Source of the DNA: an uncultured Verrucomicrobiae bacterium
GTDB taxonomy: Bacteria; Verrucomicrobiota; Verrucomicrobiia; Chthoniobacterales; UBA10450
Length of the DNA: 64,000 bases
NCBI GenBank assembly: GCA_963756875.1
Contig: CAVWPA010000001.1
Coordinates: 512,001-576,000, forward strand
Reading direction: 5' to 3'
Shown here: piece by piece, positions 1 to 10,507 of the stretch
Layout of the letters: the number at the start of each line of letters is the position of its first letter
How positions within the stretch are numbered: position 1 is the stretch's first letter
Notes under the pieces: model-generated
The model's database searches: none
Seen by the model: the letters and a program-made list of their open reading frames with translations, nothing else
Told to the model about the DNA's origin: nothing
Program-made: the position numbers and the translations under genes

Positions 1-2
1 TC

Positions 3-1685
3 GGCGGCGGTGTGTGGGAGCTGTTTTTACCGGGTGTGGGCGAAGGCGCGCATTACAAATTCGAAATTCGCACGCCAGCCGGCGCGCTGTTGCTGAAAAG
101 CGACCCGTTTGCGCTTTTCAATCAGCACGGAATATCGACCTCATCGCTCGTTTATAATCTGGAGCGGTACAAATGGAGCGACGCGGAATGGATGAATCAT
201 CGGCGCGCGCGCGATTGGCCAAAGAGCCCGATTAGCATTTACGAAGTGCACCTTGGTTCATGGCGTCGCAAAGCCGACGAGGACAACCGGTTTCTCAGCT
301 ACGTCGAACTCGCCGAGACGCTGCTGCCGTACGTGCTCGAAATGGGATACACGCACATCGAGCTGATGCCGATTGCCGAGCATCCGTTCGAAGGTTCCTG
401 GGGTTATCAGGTCACAAATTACTACGCGCCGACCAGCCGCTACGGAACGCCCGACGAGCTGCGCCATTTCATCGACAAATGCCACCAGGCCGGCATCGGT
501 GTCATTATCGACTGGGTCCCGGCGCATTTTCCGAAGGACGCGCATGCGCTTGCGGAGTTCGACGGGACCGATCTTTACGAGCACATGGATCCGCGCCAGG
601 GCGAGCACCAGGATTGGGGCACGCTTATTTTCAACTTCGGTCGCAACGAGGTGCGCAATTTTCTGATCGGCAACGCGCTTTTCTGGCTGGAGAAATATCA
701 TATCGACGGGCTGCGCGTGGATGCCGTGGCGTCGATGTTGTACCTCGATTATTCGCGCAAGGAAGGGCAATGGATCCCGAACGTCTTTGGCGGCCGCGAG
801 AATCTCGACGCCATTTATTTTCTGAAACGCTTCAACGAGGTTTGTTACGAGCGTTTTCCCGGCATCATGACCATCGCCGAGGAATCAACCGACTGGCCCG
901 GTGTGTCCCGTCCGACTTATCTGGGCGGTCTCGGTTTCGGATTCAAATGGAACATGGGCTGGATGCACGACTTTCTCGAATATATGTCGCAGGACCCGAT
1001 TTACCGGCGTTTCCATCATGGCAACATCACGTTTTCATTGCTGTACGCCTTTCAGGAAAATTTTATTCTGGTGTTGAGCCACGATGAAGTTGTTCACGGC
1101 AAACGATCGTTGCTTTCGAAGATGCCGGGTGACGAATGGCAGAAATTTGCGAATCTGCGGATGTTCTTTGCGTGGATGTACGGTCAGCCCGGTAAAAAGC
1201 TTTTGTTTATGGGCGGGGAGTTCGGGCAGTGGAAGGAATGGAACCACGACCAGAGTCTCGACTGGCATTTGACGGAGTTGCCGCGGCACGACGGTCTGCG
1301 CCGGCTGGTGCAACATTTAAATTACATTTACAAAAACGAACCGGCGCTCTGGCAGCAGGACGACACCCCCGAAGGGTTCGAGTGGATCGATTTCCACGAC
1401 GCGGACAACAGTGTGGTTTCATTTCTCAGGCGTTCGCGCGATGGGGAGATCGTTGTTTTTGTAATTAACGCCACACCCGTGGTGCGGCACGATTACCGGC
1501 TGGGCGTGCCTGAGCCTGGATTTTATCGCGAGGTCATCAACACCGATGCGGAAACGTACGGGGGAAGCAATGTTGGGAATTACGGCGGCATGAAAAGCGA
1601 TACGCAACATTGGATGGGTCGCGAGAATTCCATTCTCATCCAGTTACCGCCGCTGGCGACCGTGGCATTCAAGCTGGAGCGCTGA
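3..1685 (+). CDS. glgB: 1,4-alpha-glucan branching enzyme (5' truncated by window edge)
   Basis: GH13 motifs [48 protein letters not shown]; frame open to the window start. Confidence 0.97.
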   Translation, partial: GGGVWELFLPGVGEGAHYKFEIRTPAGALLLKSDPFALFNQHGISTSSLVYNLERYKWSDAEWMNHRRARDWPKSPISIYEVHLGSWRRKADEDNRFLSYVELAETLLPYVLEMGYTHIELMPIAEHPFEGSWGYQVTNYYAPTSRYGTPDELRHFIDKCHQAGIGVIIDWVPAHFPKDAHALAEFDGTDLYEHMDPRQGEHQDWGTLIFNFGRNEVRNFLIGNALFWLEKYHIDGLRVDAVASMLYLDYSRKEGQWIPNVFGGRENLDAIYFLKRFNEVCYERFPGIMTIAEESTDWPGVSRPTYLGGLGFGFKWNMGWMHDFLEYMSQDPIYRRFHHGNITFSLLYAFQENFILVLSHDEVVHGKRSLLSKMPGDEWQKFANLRMFFAWMYGQPGKKLLFMGGEFGQWKEWNHDQSLDWHLTELPRHDGLRRLVQHLNYIYKNEPALWQQDDTPEGFEWIDFHDADNSVVSFLRRSRDGEIVVFVINATPVVRHDYRLGVPEPGFYREVINTDAETYGGSNVGNYGGMKSDTQHWMGRENSILIQLPPLATVAFKLER

Positions 1686-1694
1686 TTTCCTTCC

Positions 1695-1832
1695 GGGGAG
1701 CGCACGCGCCTCGCGTGCACATTTCGGCGCCTCGCCGAAATGCCTCGATGGCTAGGCCGATTAGCTTTAGCAGGGGAAGATTGGCGATCGCGGGGGCGCG
1801 ATCGCCAGCACGCGAGGGCGCGTGCGCTCCCC
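1695..1832. repeat. REP/REPIN-like palindromic element, family GGGGAGCGCACGCGCCTCGCGTGC (copy A)
   Basis: Terminal inverted arms ggggagcgcacgcgcctcgcgtgc ... gcacgcgagggcgcgtgcgctcccc, directly after the glgB stop. Confidence 0.9.
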
Positions 1833-1907
1833 AGAGAATGATTACCCTGATCTCTGCTTGACCATTTACGCGTTTCTCGCAATTATTGCCTCCTTCATCC
1901 CGACCCC

Positions 1908-2606
1908 ATGACCAAGAAAAACTCCGCTGCCTTCACTCTTATTGAAATGCTCGTCGTCATCGCGATCATCGCGACCATTGCGGCATTCGCAGTTCCCGCC
2001 CTGACCAACGCGCTGACCAAAGGTCAGATGACGGGAACCATGAACAACGCTCGGCAATTGTATCTGGCCGGTTACCAAATGGCGTTGGATGGGTCGAGCA
2101 ACTCAGACGCGAACCTGGCGTGGCCCGGCGATTATGCGACCGGTACGCTCGCCAAGCTACAAGACTACTGTAACAAGCTTGTGCAAAACGACTATCTCAA
2201 GGCCAGCGATCTTCCGAAGATCTTGAGCGCCCCAGGTGCGAGTTGCACCGTTACAAGCACGACGGATAGCTCCGGTGTAACGACGGTCACTCTGGCCGGG
2301 ACAAAAGCCGCACTGAAAGTCTATCCCGTTAGGGATTCGGATCCTTCCAACACGATCTTTACCGTGAGTTCGAACTACACGTATGACACCGCATTTCCAG
2401 CGCCTGCCCCAAACCCTTACGGTGACAAGGGTTTCATAGTTATACATAAAGGCGGTGACGGCGCCGTTTTGCGGAAGAGCAACGCGGTGGCCACCAGTGG
2501 CGGTACCTCAGCGTTCGAGTCAACTGTGGGCAAAAAGCCCAGCGAAGCCGAGGGGACTGTGACGCCAGGCGACCCTACAAACCCGCCAACGTTAACGTAT
2601 CCTTAA
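1908..2606 (+). CDS. Prepilin-type N-terminal cleavage/methylation domain protein (pseudopilin-like)
   Basis: N-terminal AFTLIEMLVVIAII type IV prepilin motif. Confidence 0.88.
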   Translation: MTKKNSAAFTLIEMLVVIAIIATIAAFAVPALTNALTKGQMTGTMNNARQLYLAGYQMALDGSSNSDANLAWPGDYATGTLAKLQDYCNKLVQNDYLKASDLPKILSAPGASCTVTSTTDSSGVTTVTLAGTKAALKVYPVRDSDPSNTIFTVSSNYTYDTAFPAPAPNPYGDKGFIVIHKGGDGAVLRKSNAVATSGGTSAFESTVGKKPSEAEGTVTPGDPTNPPTLTYP

Positions 2607-3895
2607 GGCTCCACTTCCGATCCAAACTCGCCGTCGCTGACCCGCGTTCGAATTCTCATTTTCGGACGAACTGCGGAAACGGTTCGAATTAATTTGCCGG
2701 CTTCATCCGTGGTAATGCTGTAGCCGCGGCGAAGCGTTGCCTCGGGGCCGAGTACCCGCAGGATTCCCTCTGTCTCACGAAAACGGTGCCGCGCATTCTC
2801 CAGGATTCGCAGCGGCAACTCCACGAAACGCCGGCGAAGATCGACCAGCCGGTTGCGCCGAAGAACTAACTCCCCCGAAAGCTTTCGGGGCTGCAGCGCC
2901 GCCGCGATGTGAGCAAGCCCGCGCCTGTAACCGTCGATCTTGTGAGCGAGACAACGATGCAGCGTTTCACGCGCGTGATCGAGCCGCTGCTGCCCATCGC
3001 GCATCCGGCTTAGCAATTCGCGTCCCAGTCCGCGCACGCACGCGTCGATGTGCCGGCGAAGATCGACAATGTCGGGCACGATCAATTCCGCCGCCGCGCT
3101 CGGTGTCGGCGCCCGAAGATCGGCGACGAAATCGGCAATGGTGAAATCGATCTCGTGCCCGACAGCAGAGACAATGGGGACTTCGACATCGGCGATCGTG
3201 CGCGCCACGATCTCTTCGTTGAATTCCCAAAGGTCTTCAATGCTTCCTCCGCCGCGAGTGACCACGATGAGATCGAGAGGCGGCCACTTTTCGTTAGATG
3301 TTGCCAGTTCGCGAATGGCGACTGCAATTTCCTGCGCGGCTCCCGTTCCCTGGACGCGCACAGGATTAATCAGGATTTGCAGCCACGGGGCACGCCGGCG
3401 CAAAACATTCAACATATCGCGAACCGCCGCCCCGCTAGGCGAGGTGACGATCCCGATTCTTCTCGGAAATTTCGGCAGCGGACGTTTTCGATCGATTGCA
3501 AACAAGCCCTCGGCATCGAGTTTGCGTTTGAGTGCTTCGAATTTCGCCTGCAAAACGCCGAGACCGCGTGGCTGGAGGATTTGCACGCTCAGCTGGTATT
3601 GTCCCCGTGCTTCGAAAACCGAGACATTGCCATAAACCTGCACCTGAGTTCCATCCACCAGCGGCTGCCGGAAAAGCGGTATGGTGTTGCGAAAGATGAC
3701 GCAGTTGATCTGGGCGCGTTGGTCCTTGAGCGTGAAATATTGGTGGCCGCTCGGATGCAGTTTGTAGTTTGAAATTTCGCCCTGCACCCAGACCGCACCG
3801 AACTTGGTTTCGAGCGTGCCGCGAATTTGTCGAGTCAACTCCGCGACGGTGAACACCTTGGAGGTTTGGGGGAAGAGGTCGCCGGAGAGTTGCAT
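2603..3895 (-). CDS. xseA: Exodeoxyribonuclease VII large subunit
   Basis: VWVQGEISN, SGHQYFTLKD, VTSPSGAA, RGGGSIEDLWEFNEE, SAVGHEIDFTIADFVADLRAPTPSAAAE. Confidence 0.97.
   Translation of the reverse strand: MQLSGDLFPQTSKVFTVAELTRQIRGTLETKFGAVWVQGEISNYKLHPSGHQYFTLKDQRAQINCVIFRNTIPLFRQPLVDGTQVQVYGNVSVFEARGQYQLSVQILQPRGLGVLQAKFEALKRKLDAEGLFAIDRKRPLPKFPRRIGIVTSPSGAAVRDMLNVLRRRAPWLQILINPVRVQGTGAAQEIAVAIRELATSNEKWPPLDLIVVTRGGGSIEDLWEFNEEIVARTIADVEVPIVSAVGHEIDFTIADFVADLRAPTPSAAAELIVPDIVDLRRHIDACVRGLGRELLSRMRDGQQRLDHARETLHRCLAHKIDGYRRGLAHIAAALQPRKLSGELVLRRNRLVDLRRRFVELPLRILENARHRFRETEGILRVLGPEATLRRGYSITTDEAGKLIRTVSAVRPKMRIRTRVSDGEFGSEVEP
2873..2890. repeat. 18-bp perfect palindrome CCCCGAAAGCTTTCGGGG inside xseA
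   Basis: Identical to the hairpins at 29473-29490 and 29782-29799. Confidence 0.85.
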
Positions 3896-3906
3896 GATTC
3901 TTCTTG

Positions 3907-4044
3907 CCCGCGAATAACGCCAATATACGCGAATTAAGAAACGTCAGAAGTTTGAACGGAAGACGACAAAGGGAACAAGAACCTTGATTGTGTTCGTTTT
4001 CTTCTGTGGATTTTAAATTCGCGTCTATTCGCGTGATTCGCGGG
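3907..4044. repeat. Short-period inverted repeat pair (CGCGAAT / ATTCGCG units)
   Basis: cccgcgaataacgccaatatacgcgaat ... attcgcgtctattcgcgtgattcgcggg. Confidence 0.75.
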
Positions 4045-4048
4045 TTGA

Positions 4049-5068
4049 TTACAACAATTCAGCCTGCGCGCCGGCAGGTGGTTTGAGGCCGAGCTTTTTG
4101 TACACGTTCACGGTGGCGACGCGTCCTTGCGGCGTGCGTTTAATGTAGCCTTCCATGATCAAGTAAGGCTCGTTTACTTCTTCGAGCGTCCCTGCTTCTT
4201 CGCCGATGGCCACCGCGAGCGAATTCAGGCCGACCGGGCCGCCGTTGAATTTATGGATTAACGTTTCGATGATGCGTTTGTCCCACTGATCGAATCCGTC
4301 GCGATCGATCTCCAGCATGGCGAGGGCGCGATCGGCCAGCTCTGCGGTAATTTTGCCTTCCGCTTTCACCTGCACGTAATCGCGAACCCAGCGCAACAGA
4401 TTGTTCGCCGTCCGCGGCGTGCCACGGGTTCGCGTGGCGATCTCAACCGCGCCTGCCTGATCGATCTCGACACCGAGAAGGCGGGCGCTGCGCAGGATGA
4501 TCTTTTGCATTTCCTCCGCGTTGTAATAATCGAGGCGCGCGGTCATGCCGAAGCGCGAACGAAGCGGCGCGCTCACCATTCCGGCGCGCGTCGTTGCCCC
4601 GACCAAAGTGAATTTCGGCAATTGCAAACGAAGACTGCGTGCCTGCGGGCCCTGGTCGATGATAATATCGAGCCGGTAATCTTCCATGGCAGGATAGAGA
4701 TATTCCTCGATTGTCGGTTGCAGCCGATGGATCTCGTCGATGAAAAGAACGTCGCCCTTTTCGAGACTGGTGAGCAATCCGGCGAGTTCGCCGGCTTTTT
4801 CGATGACCGGGCCGCTGGTATTTTTGATGTTCACGCCCATCGCGTTGGCGATGATGTAAGCGAGAGTCGTTTTTCCCAGGCCGGGCGGGCCGCTTAACAA
4901 AATATGTTCGAGCACGTCGCCGCGCCGTTTGGCCGCTTCCACCATCAACTCGATCCGCTCGCGCACTTTCACCTGGCCGGTGAACTCGCTGAACGCCGGC
5001 GGCCGCAGCGAGATTTCGAATGCAGCATCTGGTTCGGGCGGTTTCATGGCGGTCGGCGCAGATTTCAT
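4049..5068 (-). CDS. ruvB: Holliday junction branch migration helicase RuvB
   Basis: [13 protein letters not shown] Walker [28 protein letters not shown]; start codon uncertain (5068 or 5047). Confidence 0.97.
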   Translation of the reverse strand: MKSAPTAMKPPEPDAAFEISLRPPAFSEFTGQVKVRERIELMVEAAKRRGDVLEHILLSGPPGLGKTTLAYIIANAMGVNIKNTSGPVIEKAGELAGLLTSLEKGDVLFIDEIHRLQPTIEEYLYPAMEDYRLDIIIDQGPQARSLRLQLPKFTLVGATTRAGMVSAPLRSRFGMTARLDYYNAEEMQKIILRSARLLGVEIDQAGAVEIATRTRGTPRTANNLLRWVRDYVQVKAEGKITAELADRALAMLEIDRDGFDQWDKRIIETLIHKFNGGPVGLNSLAVAIGEEAGTLEEVNEPYLIMEGYIKRTPQGRVATVNVYKKLGLKPPAGAQAELL

Positions 5069-5142
5069 AACATTAGCGAGAAGCTTGTGCACGGCATGAT
5101 TTTAACGCGCAAAATGCGTGGGAATACGCTGGAGAAAAATCC

Positions 5143-5288
5143 GGGGAGCGCACGCGCCCCCGCGTGCCCGTTTCGGCGCCCTCGCCGAAACGCGCCTTTG
5201 ATAGTGCTTACTCGACGAACTTGCGTGCCCCGAAAAGTCCGCGATCGCGAGGGCGCGATCGCCAGCACGCGAGGCGCGTGCGCTCCCC
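5143..5288. repeat. REP/REPIN-like palindromic element (copy B)
   Basis: Same terminal arms as copy A, with inner hairpins tttcggcgccctcgccgaaa and gcgatcgcgagggcgcgatcgc. Confidence 0.9.
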
Positions 5289-5310
5289 GAAGCCTGTGTC
5301 CTCTCCTTCG

Positions 5311-5712
5311 TTATTCCAAGTTCTTCGTGAGCACGAGCTCCGTGCCGCGGGGTTTCAAGATATAATCCACTTTGTCGAATGCGTTTCGGATCAGATTCAA
5401 ACCAAGGCCGCCGGGCCTGAGCTCGGTGTGCGGGCGGCCCTTCATCGCGTGCATCGGCGTTTTCCTGCCGTAATCGCGCAATCGCACCCGGACCGATCCG
5501 CGCAGCCCTTCCATGGACAAGGTAATCACCGCGTCGTCACGCAGCTCGTAGGCGTAACGAATGATATTGGTGCAGGCTTCATCCACGCCGAGCACCATGA
5601 GGAGGCGCTCTTTTTCAGAAAAGGGATAGTCGTCGAGAAATTTTCTCACGTATTTGCGCATCAAAGCGAGATTCGCGGTGTGACTGCTGAACTCGAGCCT
5701 CCTTTTTTTCAT
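5311..5712 (-). CDS. Anti-sigma factor Ser/Thr kinase, RsbW/SpoIIAB-like (HATPase_c_2)
   Basis: DEACTNIIRYAY N-box, RDYG, GGLGLNLI G-box, 133 aa. Confidence 0.88.
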   Translation of the reverse strand: MKKRRLEFSSHTANLALMRKYVRKFLDDYPFSEKERLLMVLGVDEACTNIIRYAYELRDDAVITLSMEGLRGSVRVRLRDYGRKTPMHAMKGRPHTELRPGGLGLNLIRNAFDKVDYILKPRGTELVLTKNLE

Positions 5713-5930
5713 TCAGGAAAGGGAATGCTGAGCCCGGTCCGGTGCTCATTCAAGGGCGCGAGACGGAAAAGATTTCGGATCGAGCAGACATGTCCCCGCC
5801 TTGAAAAGCGATTTGGCGGCGGCGGAATTGCCGCATGCCGGTCAGAAAGCGGTATGTCATTGATCACCATTCGCAAAACCGATGGACAGTAGCCGAAACC
5901 GGTTGTTCAGTTTTAGCATGGGAAAAATAG

Positions 5931-6202
5931 TAGAACGCATCTCACAAATAGAGAACGGGTGCGTTGCCGGAGATTTGGTGCTGCGGCAAGGCGCGAGGAG
6001 GGAGAATATCCCTTTGACCGAGGAGCAACGCGGCCGCAGCGGCAAAGATCGGCAACCCTTCGGGCCAGACTCTGGCCCCGACGCGTCGGGAGCGACGTTG
6101 CTCCTCAGTCACAGAGCGCTTCGGCTATGCTCCTTTGTCGCGCCTTGCCAGCAGCCCGCCAGAGTCTGGCGCACCCATTTCCTATTTGTGAGATGGGTTC
6201 TA
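5931..6202. mobile_element. ~272-bp MITE-like element with ~33-bp terminal inverted repeats (copy 1)
   Basis: tagaacgcatctcacaaatagagaacgggtgcg ... cgcacccatttcctatttgtgagatgggttcta; interior homologous to 12553-12830. Confidence 0.8.
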
Positions 6203-6922
6203 GTAGCGCTGCTGCTTTTTGCAACGCCGGTGCTGGCACAGGACAATGCCACAGCCTATGAAGCTTTGCGCACGGTCGGAGCACACTTCAATCGCGATTC
6301 TCTGAATCACGTAATCTCTGTGACCGGCGTGGACGGTAGTCCTCGGCCGGCGAGATGGAAAATCCTGTTCGAAGACCCGCATGCGCGCGGCGGCGTGCAC
6401 GAGGTCGAAGTCGCAAACGATCGCATCGTTTCGGAACGCACTCCGGTGCGTCCGGTCGTTGGATCGGCGGAAGGTTCGACGATTAACACGTCGCGGTTGA
6501 ATCTCGATTCGAGCGGGGCCTATGCGGTAGCCAGTCACACCGCCGAAAAGTCCCACACAGCGTTTTCGACCGTTAGTTACACGCTACGAACAGACGAGCA
6601 CGGCGATCCTCTTTGGATCGTGACTCTGGAAAATCAATCGCGCCGGCCGGTCGGCACAATTTATATCGGAGCAAACAGCGGCAATGTTACTCGGACAGAG
6701 GGGATGTTTGCCGGCGCCAGCATGCAGGACGTGCAGGTAGCGCGCGATGAGCAGCAGGGCGACAACGACAATGACAACGGCAACGGAGATGACGAAGATC
6801 GCGGCATCTTCAGCGGGCCGAAAGCGCGCATCAAGGACGCGTTTCATCGCACCCAGGATGAGGCGCGCGGCATGTTTCAGCGCGTGCGCCGCTCCTTTTC
6901 CGATTTTATCAACCGGGGCTGA
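6188..6922 (+). CDS. Secreted hypothetical protein
   Basis: GTG start followed by signal peptide RWVLVALLLFATPVLA-Q; the upstream ORF extension from 5882 is repeat-derived. Confidence 0.7.
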   Translation: MRWVLVALLLFATPVLAQDNATAYEALRTVGAHFNRDSLNHVISVTGVDGSPRPARWKILFEDPHARGGVHEVEVANDRIVSERTPVRPVVGSAEGSTINTSRLNLDSSGAYAVASHTAEKSHTAFSTVSYTLRTDEHGDPLWIVTLENQSRRPVGTIYIGANSGNVTRTEGMFAGASMQDVQVARDEQQGDNDNDNGNGDDEDRGIFSGPKARIKDAFHRTQDEARGMFQRVRRSFSDFINRG

Positions 6923-6957
6923 AGCTCACGCCCGGATCAAGGAACCGGCCTGGTCTC

Positions 6958-7911
6958 ATGGAGGATAAGACAAGGGAGCAATTCTGGCCGGCGCTCTCAT
7001 TTGCCGATTGGGGAGAGACCTGCGCAACGCTGCACATGTGGACGCAGATCGTCGGCAAGATCCGGCTGGTGCAGACTCCATGGATAAATCATTCCTGGCA
7101 CGTCACGCTTTATCTCACATCACGTGGCCTAACGACTTCCCCGATACCACACGGCCTCCAGGTTTTCGAGATCCGTTTCGATTTTATTGATCACGAGTTG
7201 CGCATTCTGAAAAGCGACGGAAACACGCGAAAAATAAAACTGCAGCCGCAGTCCGTTGCGAAATTCCTTATGATGGTAATGGAAGCGCTGCGCGAATTGG
7301 AATTGCCGGTCGAGATCGAAATGTTGCCCAACGAGATCGAAAATCCGATTCCGTTTGACCGCGACGAAGAGCATCGCAGCTACGACGGCGCATACGCAAA
7401 TCGGTTCTGGCGTGTGTTGCTCCAGGCGGACCGCGTTTTTAAAGGATTTCGATCGCGTTTCTGTGGCAAATGCAGCCCGGTCCATTTTTTCTGGGGCAGT
7501 TTTGATCTTGCCGTGACGCGCTTCTCGGGGCGTGCCGCGCCACCGCATCCGGGCGGCATCCCGCATCTTCCGGATGCGGTCACGCGCGAAGCCTACTCAC
7601 AGGAGGTGAGCAGTCTCGGTTTCTGGCCGGGTAACGCCGCTGTGCCCACGCCGCTTTTTTATTCTTACGCGTATCCCGAACCGCCGGGGTTTGCGCAGGC
7701 AAAGATCGAGCCGCAGACGGCTGCGTATAACGCCAAAATGCGCGAGTTTACACTCTCGTATGACGAAGTCCGCAACGCTGCATCACCCGATGAGACTTTG
7801 CTCGCATTTGCGCAAAGCACGTACGACGCAGCATCCAAGCTTGCCAAGTGGGACCGCGCTGCGCTGGAAGAAGTGAAACCGTCCTTGCATTTTCCGCGGC
7901 ACCGCCCCTAG
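6958..7911 (+). CDS. DUF5996-like conserved protein
   Basis: TLHMWTQIVGKIRL, NHSWHV, SPVHFFWGSFDLAVTRFSG, EAYSQEVSSLGFWPG, FYSYAYPEP. Confidence 0.8.
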   Translation: MEDKTREQFWPALSFADWGETCATLHMWTQIVGKIRLVQTPWINHSWHVTLYLTSRGLTTSPIPHGLQVFEIRFDFIDHELRILKSDGNTRKIKLQPQSVAKFLMMVMEALRELELPVEIEMLPNEIENPIPFDRDEEHRSYDGAYANRFWRVLLQADRVFKGFRSRFCGKCSPVHFFWGSFDLAVTRFSGRAAPPHPGGIPHLPDAVTREAYSQEVSSLGFWPGNAAVPTPLFYSYAYPEPPGFAQAKIEPQTAAYNAKMREFTLSYDEVRNAASPDETLLAFAQSTYDAASKLAKWDRAALEEVKPSLHFPRHRP

Positions 7912-7922
7912 TTTACACGACA

Positions 7923-8861
7923 ATGATCTCGAAAAACGCAACGCTTGGCGAGCGAGGTGCGTGGCGCGATGTGCAGGACGGATGGCGGCCTCTTTATGGG
8001 GACGTGGACGATCTTGGAGTCAGCGTGGAGTGGCACGATTTTCAGATCGAGCGTTCGCTGGACTGGGGGCTAAGTTTTCATCCGCGCAGCGTCGAGTTTT
8101 GTCTAAATCTCGACGGCCGCGGAGCCGTCGGCGCCCGGTCAAAACGCGATTATCTTCCGGGCACATCGGGCTTTTATTCTCTGGCTGACGCTCCTTTGAG
8201 CGCATCGCGTCGGGCGAACGATCATCATCAATTCGTGACCCTCGAGTTTTCTCGAAAACATTTGCAACAAGAGCTGGAGCAATGCGAAGGAGACCTCGAT
8301 CCTCAAGTCCGCGAGGCGGTGTTCCCGGAGAAGGACGAAACGATCGTCTCGATCCCGCAACCAATCACGGTGGAGCAGCGCAACGTGATTGGGACATTGT
8401 TACAGCCGCCCGTTCCGAAAGCAGCCCAGGCACTCTGGTACCGGAGTAAAGCGCTTGAACTGATGGCGCATTTTCTCTTCGCGCCCAAGGACCCTGAGTT
8501 TTTCTGCATGCGCCAGAAGCGAGTCGCCCGCGAAAGGGTGGAGAGAGTAAAGGAATTGCTCGCGCGCGACCTGGCCAATCCGCCCACACTTGAAATGCTA
8601 GGACAGGATGTCGGTTGCAGCCCGTTTTATCTAAGCCGGATTTTTTCGCGAGAAGTGGGCTTCACCATTCCACAATACCTGCGAAACCTGCGGATGGAAC
8701 GCGCGGCCGAGTTGCTGCGCACCGGTCGCTACAATGTGACCGAAGCGGCCACCGAAGTCGGTTATTCGAGTCTGAGCCATTTCAGCAAGGCATTTTGCGA
8801 AACGATTGGCTGTTGTCCGGTCCTTTATCCCGCAGCCAGGAATGTCATCCTGGATCGCTGA
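7923..8861 (+). CDS. AraC-family transcriptional regulator
   Basis: C-terminal double HTH: LSRIFSREVG..YLRNLRMERAAELL..NVTEAATEVGYSSLSHFSKAF. Confidence 0.92.
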   Translation: MISKNATLGERGAWRDVQDGWRPLYGDVDDLGVSVEWHDFQIERSLDWGLSFHPRSVEFCLNLDGRGAVGARSKRDYLPGTSGFYSLADAPLSASRRANDHHQFVTLEFSRKHLQQELEQCEGDLDPQVREAVFPEKDETIVSIPQPITVEQRNVIGTLLQPPVPKAAQALWYRSKALELMAHFLFAPKDPEFFCMRQKRVARERVERVKELLARDLANPPTLEMLGQDVGCSPFYLSRIFSREVGFTIPQYLRNLRMERAAELLRTGRYNVTEAATEVGYSSLSHFSKAFCETIGCCPVLYPAARNVILDR

Positions 8862-8870
8862 CGCGATCCG

Positions 8871-8940
8871 GTTACAACGTTAAAAGAGTTACATTGTTAC
8901 AACGTTTTCCTTTTTGACTTTGTAACCCTTGTAACCTTTT
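8871..8940. repeat. Short-period inverted repeats (GTTACA / TGTAAC units)
   Basis: gttacaacgttaaaagagttacattgttacaac ... tgtaacccttgtaacc upstream of purH. Confidence 0.7.
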
Positions 8941-8950
8941 CACCCGCCCA

Positions 8951-10474
8951 ATGAAAATCACGCGCGCACTCATCTCTGTTTCCGATAAAAGCGGTGTCGC
9001 CGCGTTCGCGCGCGCGCTGGAGCGCCAGGGCGTGGACATCATTTCGACCGGTGGCACCGCCGAATTGCTGCGCAAGGAGAAGATCCCGGTGCGCGAGATT
9101 TCCAGTTTCACCGGATTTCCAGAAGTCCTGGAGGGCCGGGTCAAGACCTTGCATCCGCGCGTGCATGGCGGTCTGCTTTTCAAACGCGGCAACCCGAAGC
9201 ACGAAGCAGAAGCGAAGGAATGCGGGTTCGAACCGATCGATCTCGTGGTGGTGAACCTTTACCCTTTCGAGGCCACGGTCGCAAAACCGAACGTCACGCT
9301 GGCTGAAGCGATCGAGAACATCGACATCGGCGGGCCATCCATGATCCGCAGCGCGGCGAAAAATTATGAGTCGGTGACGGTGGTTGTAGATCCGGCGGAT
9401 TACGATGCCGTGCTGGAAAACATGCGGGACAACGATGGTGAGACCTCGCTGAAATTGCGCGAGCACCTTGCCATCAAAGCGTTCATCAAAACCTCGGATT
9501 ACGATCGCGCCATCGGCAATTTCCTGAACAAAGAGCAAATTACGGACACTTCATTTTCACTCTCGCTTCCGCTTGTAACGCGTCTGCGTTACGGAGAAAA
9601 CCCGCATCAAACCGCCGCGCTGTACGGCGATTTCGAAAAATATTTTGAAAAGCTTCACGGAAAAGAGCTCTCCTTTAACAACATTCTCGACATCAGCGCT
9701 GCGACCAACCTGATTGCGGAATTTAACGAGCCGACGGTGGCAATTTTGAAACACACCAATCCGTGTGGCGTCGGTTCCGATTCCAACCTGGTCGAGGCCT
9801 GGGGGAAAGCCTTTGCCACGGATAAACAGGCGCCGTTCGGCGGAATTATCATTTGCAACCGGTCGATCGACGAACCGTTGGCCAAGACGATCAGTGAGAT
9901 TTTTTCCGAAGTGATTATCGCGCCCAATTTCGAGGCGGAGGCGCGTGCCGTTTTGCAAAAGAAGAAAAACCTGCGGCTGATTCGCCTGGCTGCTCCGGCG
10001 GCGGATGCGAGATCGAAAACCGACATCCGCTCGGTTTGCGGGAGTGTGCTCGTGCAAGACTCAGATATGGCAAGCGAGCATCCGCGGAATGTTGTTACAA
10101 AACGGCAGCCGACCAAAAAAGAGCTGGCGGCGATGGTTTTCGGTTGGCGCGTGGTCAAGCACGTCAAGTCGAATGCGATTGTTTACGCCGCACCGGATCG
10201 CACAATGGGAATTGGCGCCGGTCAAATGTCGCGTATCGATGCTTCACGCATTGCCATTTGGAAGGCGGAGGAGGCCGGGCTTTCGCTCAAAGGAAGCGCA
10301 GTCGCGAGCGACGCCTTTTTTCCGTTTCCCGATGGTCTCATTGCCGCCGCGGATGCCGGCGCGACATGCGCCATTCAACCCGGCGGATCGGTTCGCGATG
10401 AGGAAGTGATTGCCGCCGCGAATGAGCGCAAGTTGGCGATGATTTTCACCGGCGTGCGCCATTTTCGGCACTAA
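8951..10474 (+). CDS. purH: Bifunctional AICAR transformylase/IMP cyclohydrolase
   Basis: [57 protein letters not shown]. Confidence 0.98.
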   Translation: MKITRALISVSDKSGVAAFARALERQGVDIISTGGTAELLRKEKIPVREISSFTGFPEVLEGRVKTLHPRVHGGLLFKRGNPKHEAEAKECGFEPIDLVVVNLYPFEATVAKPNVTLAEAIENIDIGGPSMIRSAAKNYESVTVVVDPADYDAVLENMRDNDGETSLKLREHLAIKAFIKTSDYDRAIGNFLNKEQITDTSFSLSLPLVTRLRYGENPHQTAALYGDFEKYFEKLHGKELSFNNILDISAATNLIAEFNEPTVAILKHTNPCGVGSDSNLVEAWGKAFATDKQAPFGGIIICNRSIDEPLAKTISEIFSEVIIAPNFEAEARAVLQKKKNLRLIRLAAPAADARSKTDIRSVCGSVLVQDSDMASEHPRNVVTKRQPTKKELAAMVFGWRVVKHVKSNAIVYAAPDRTMGIGAGQMSRIDASRIAIWKAEEAGLSLKGSAVASDAFFPFPDGLIAAADAGATCAIQPGGSVRDEEVIAAANERKLAMIFTGVRHFRH

Positions 10475-10507
10475 AAACAATAGTTGAGCCGGCGAGGCGG
10501 CCTTTCA

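Noticed and set aside
5882..6187. Long N-terminal extension of the 5882-6922 ORF
   Set aside because: It is the translation of the MITE-like element, and the signal peptide begins at 6188.
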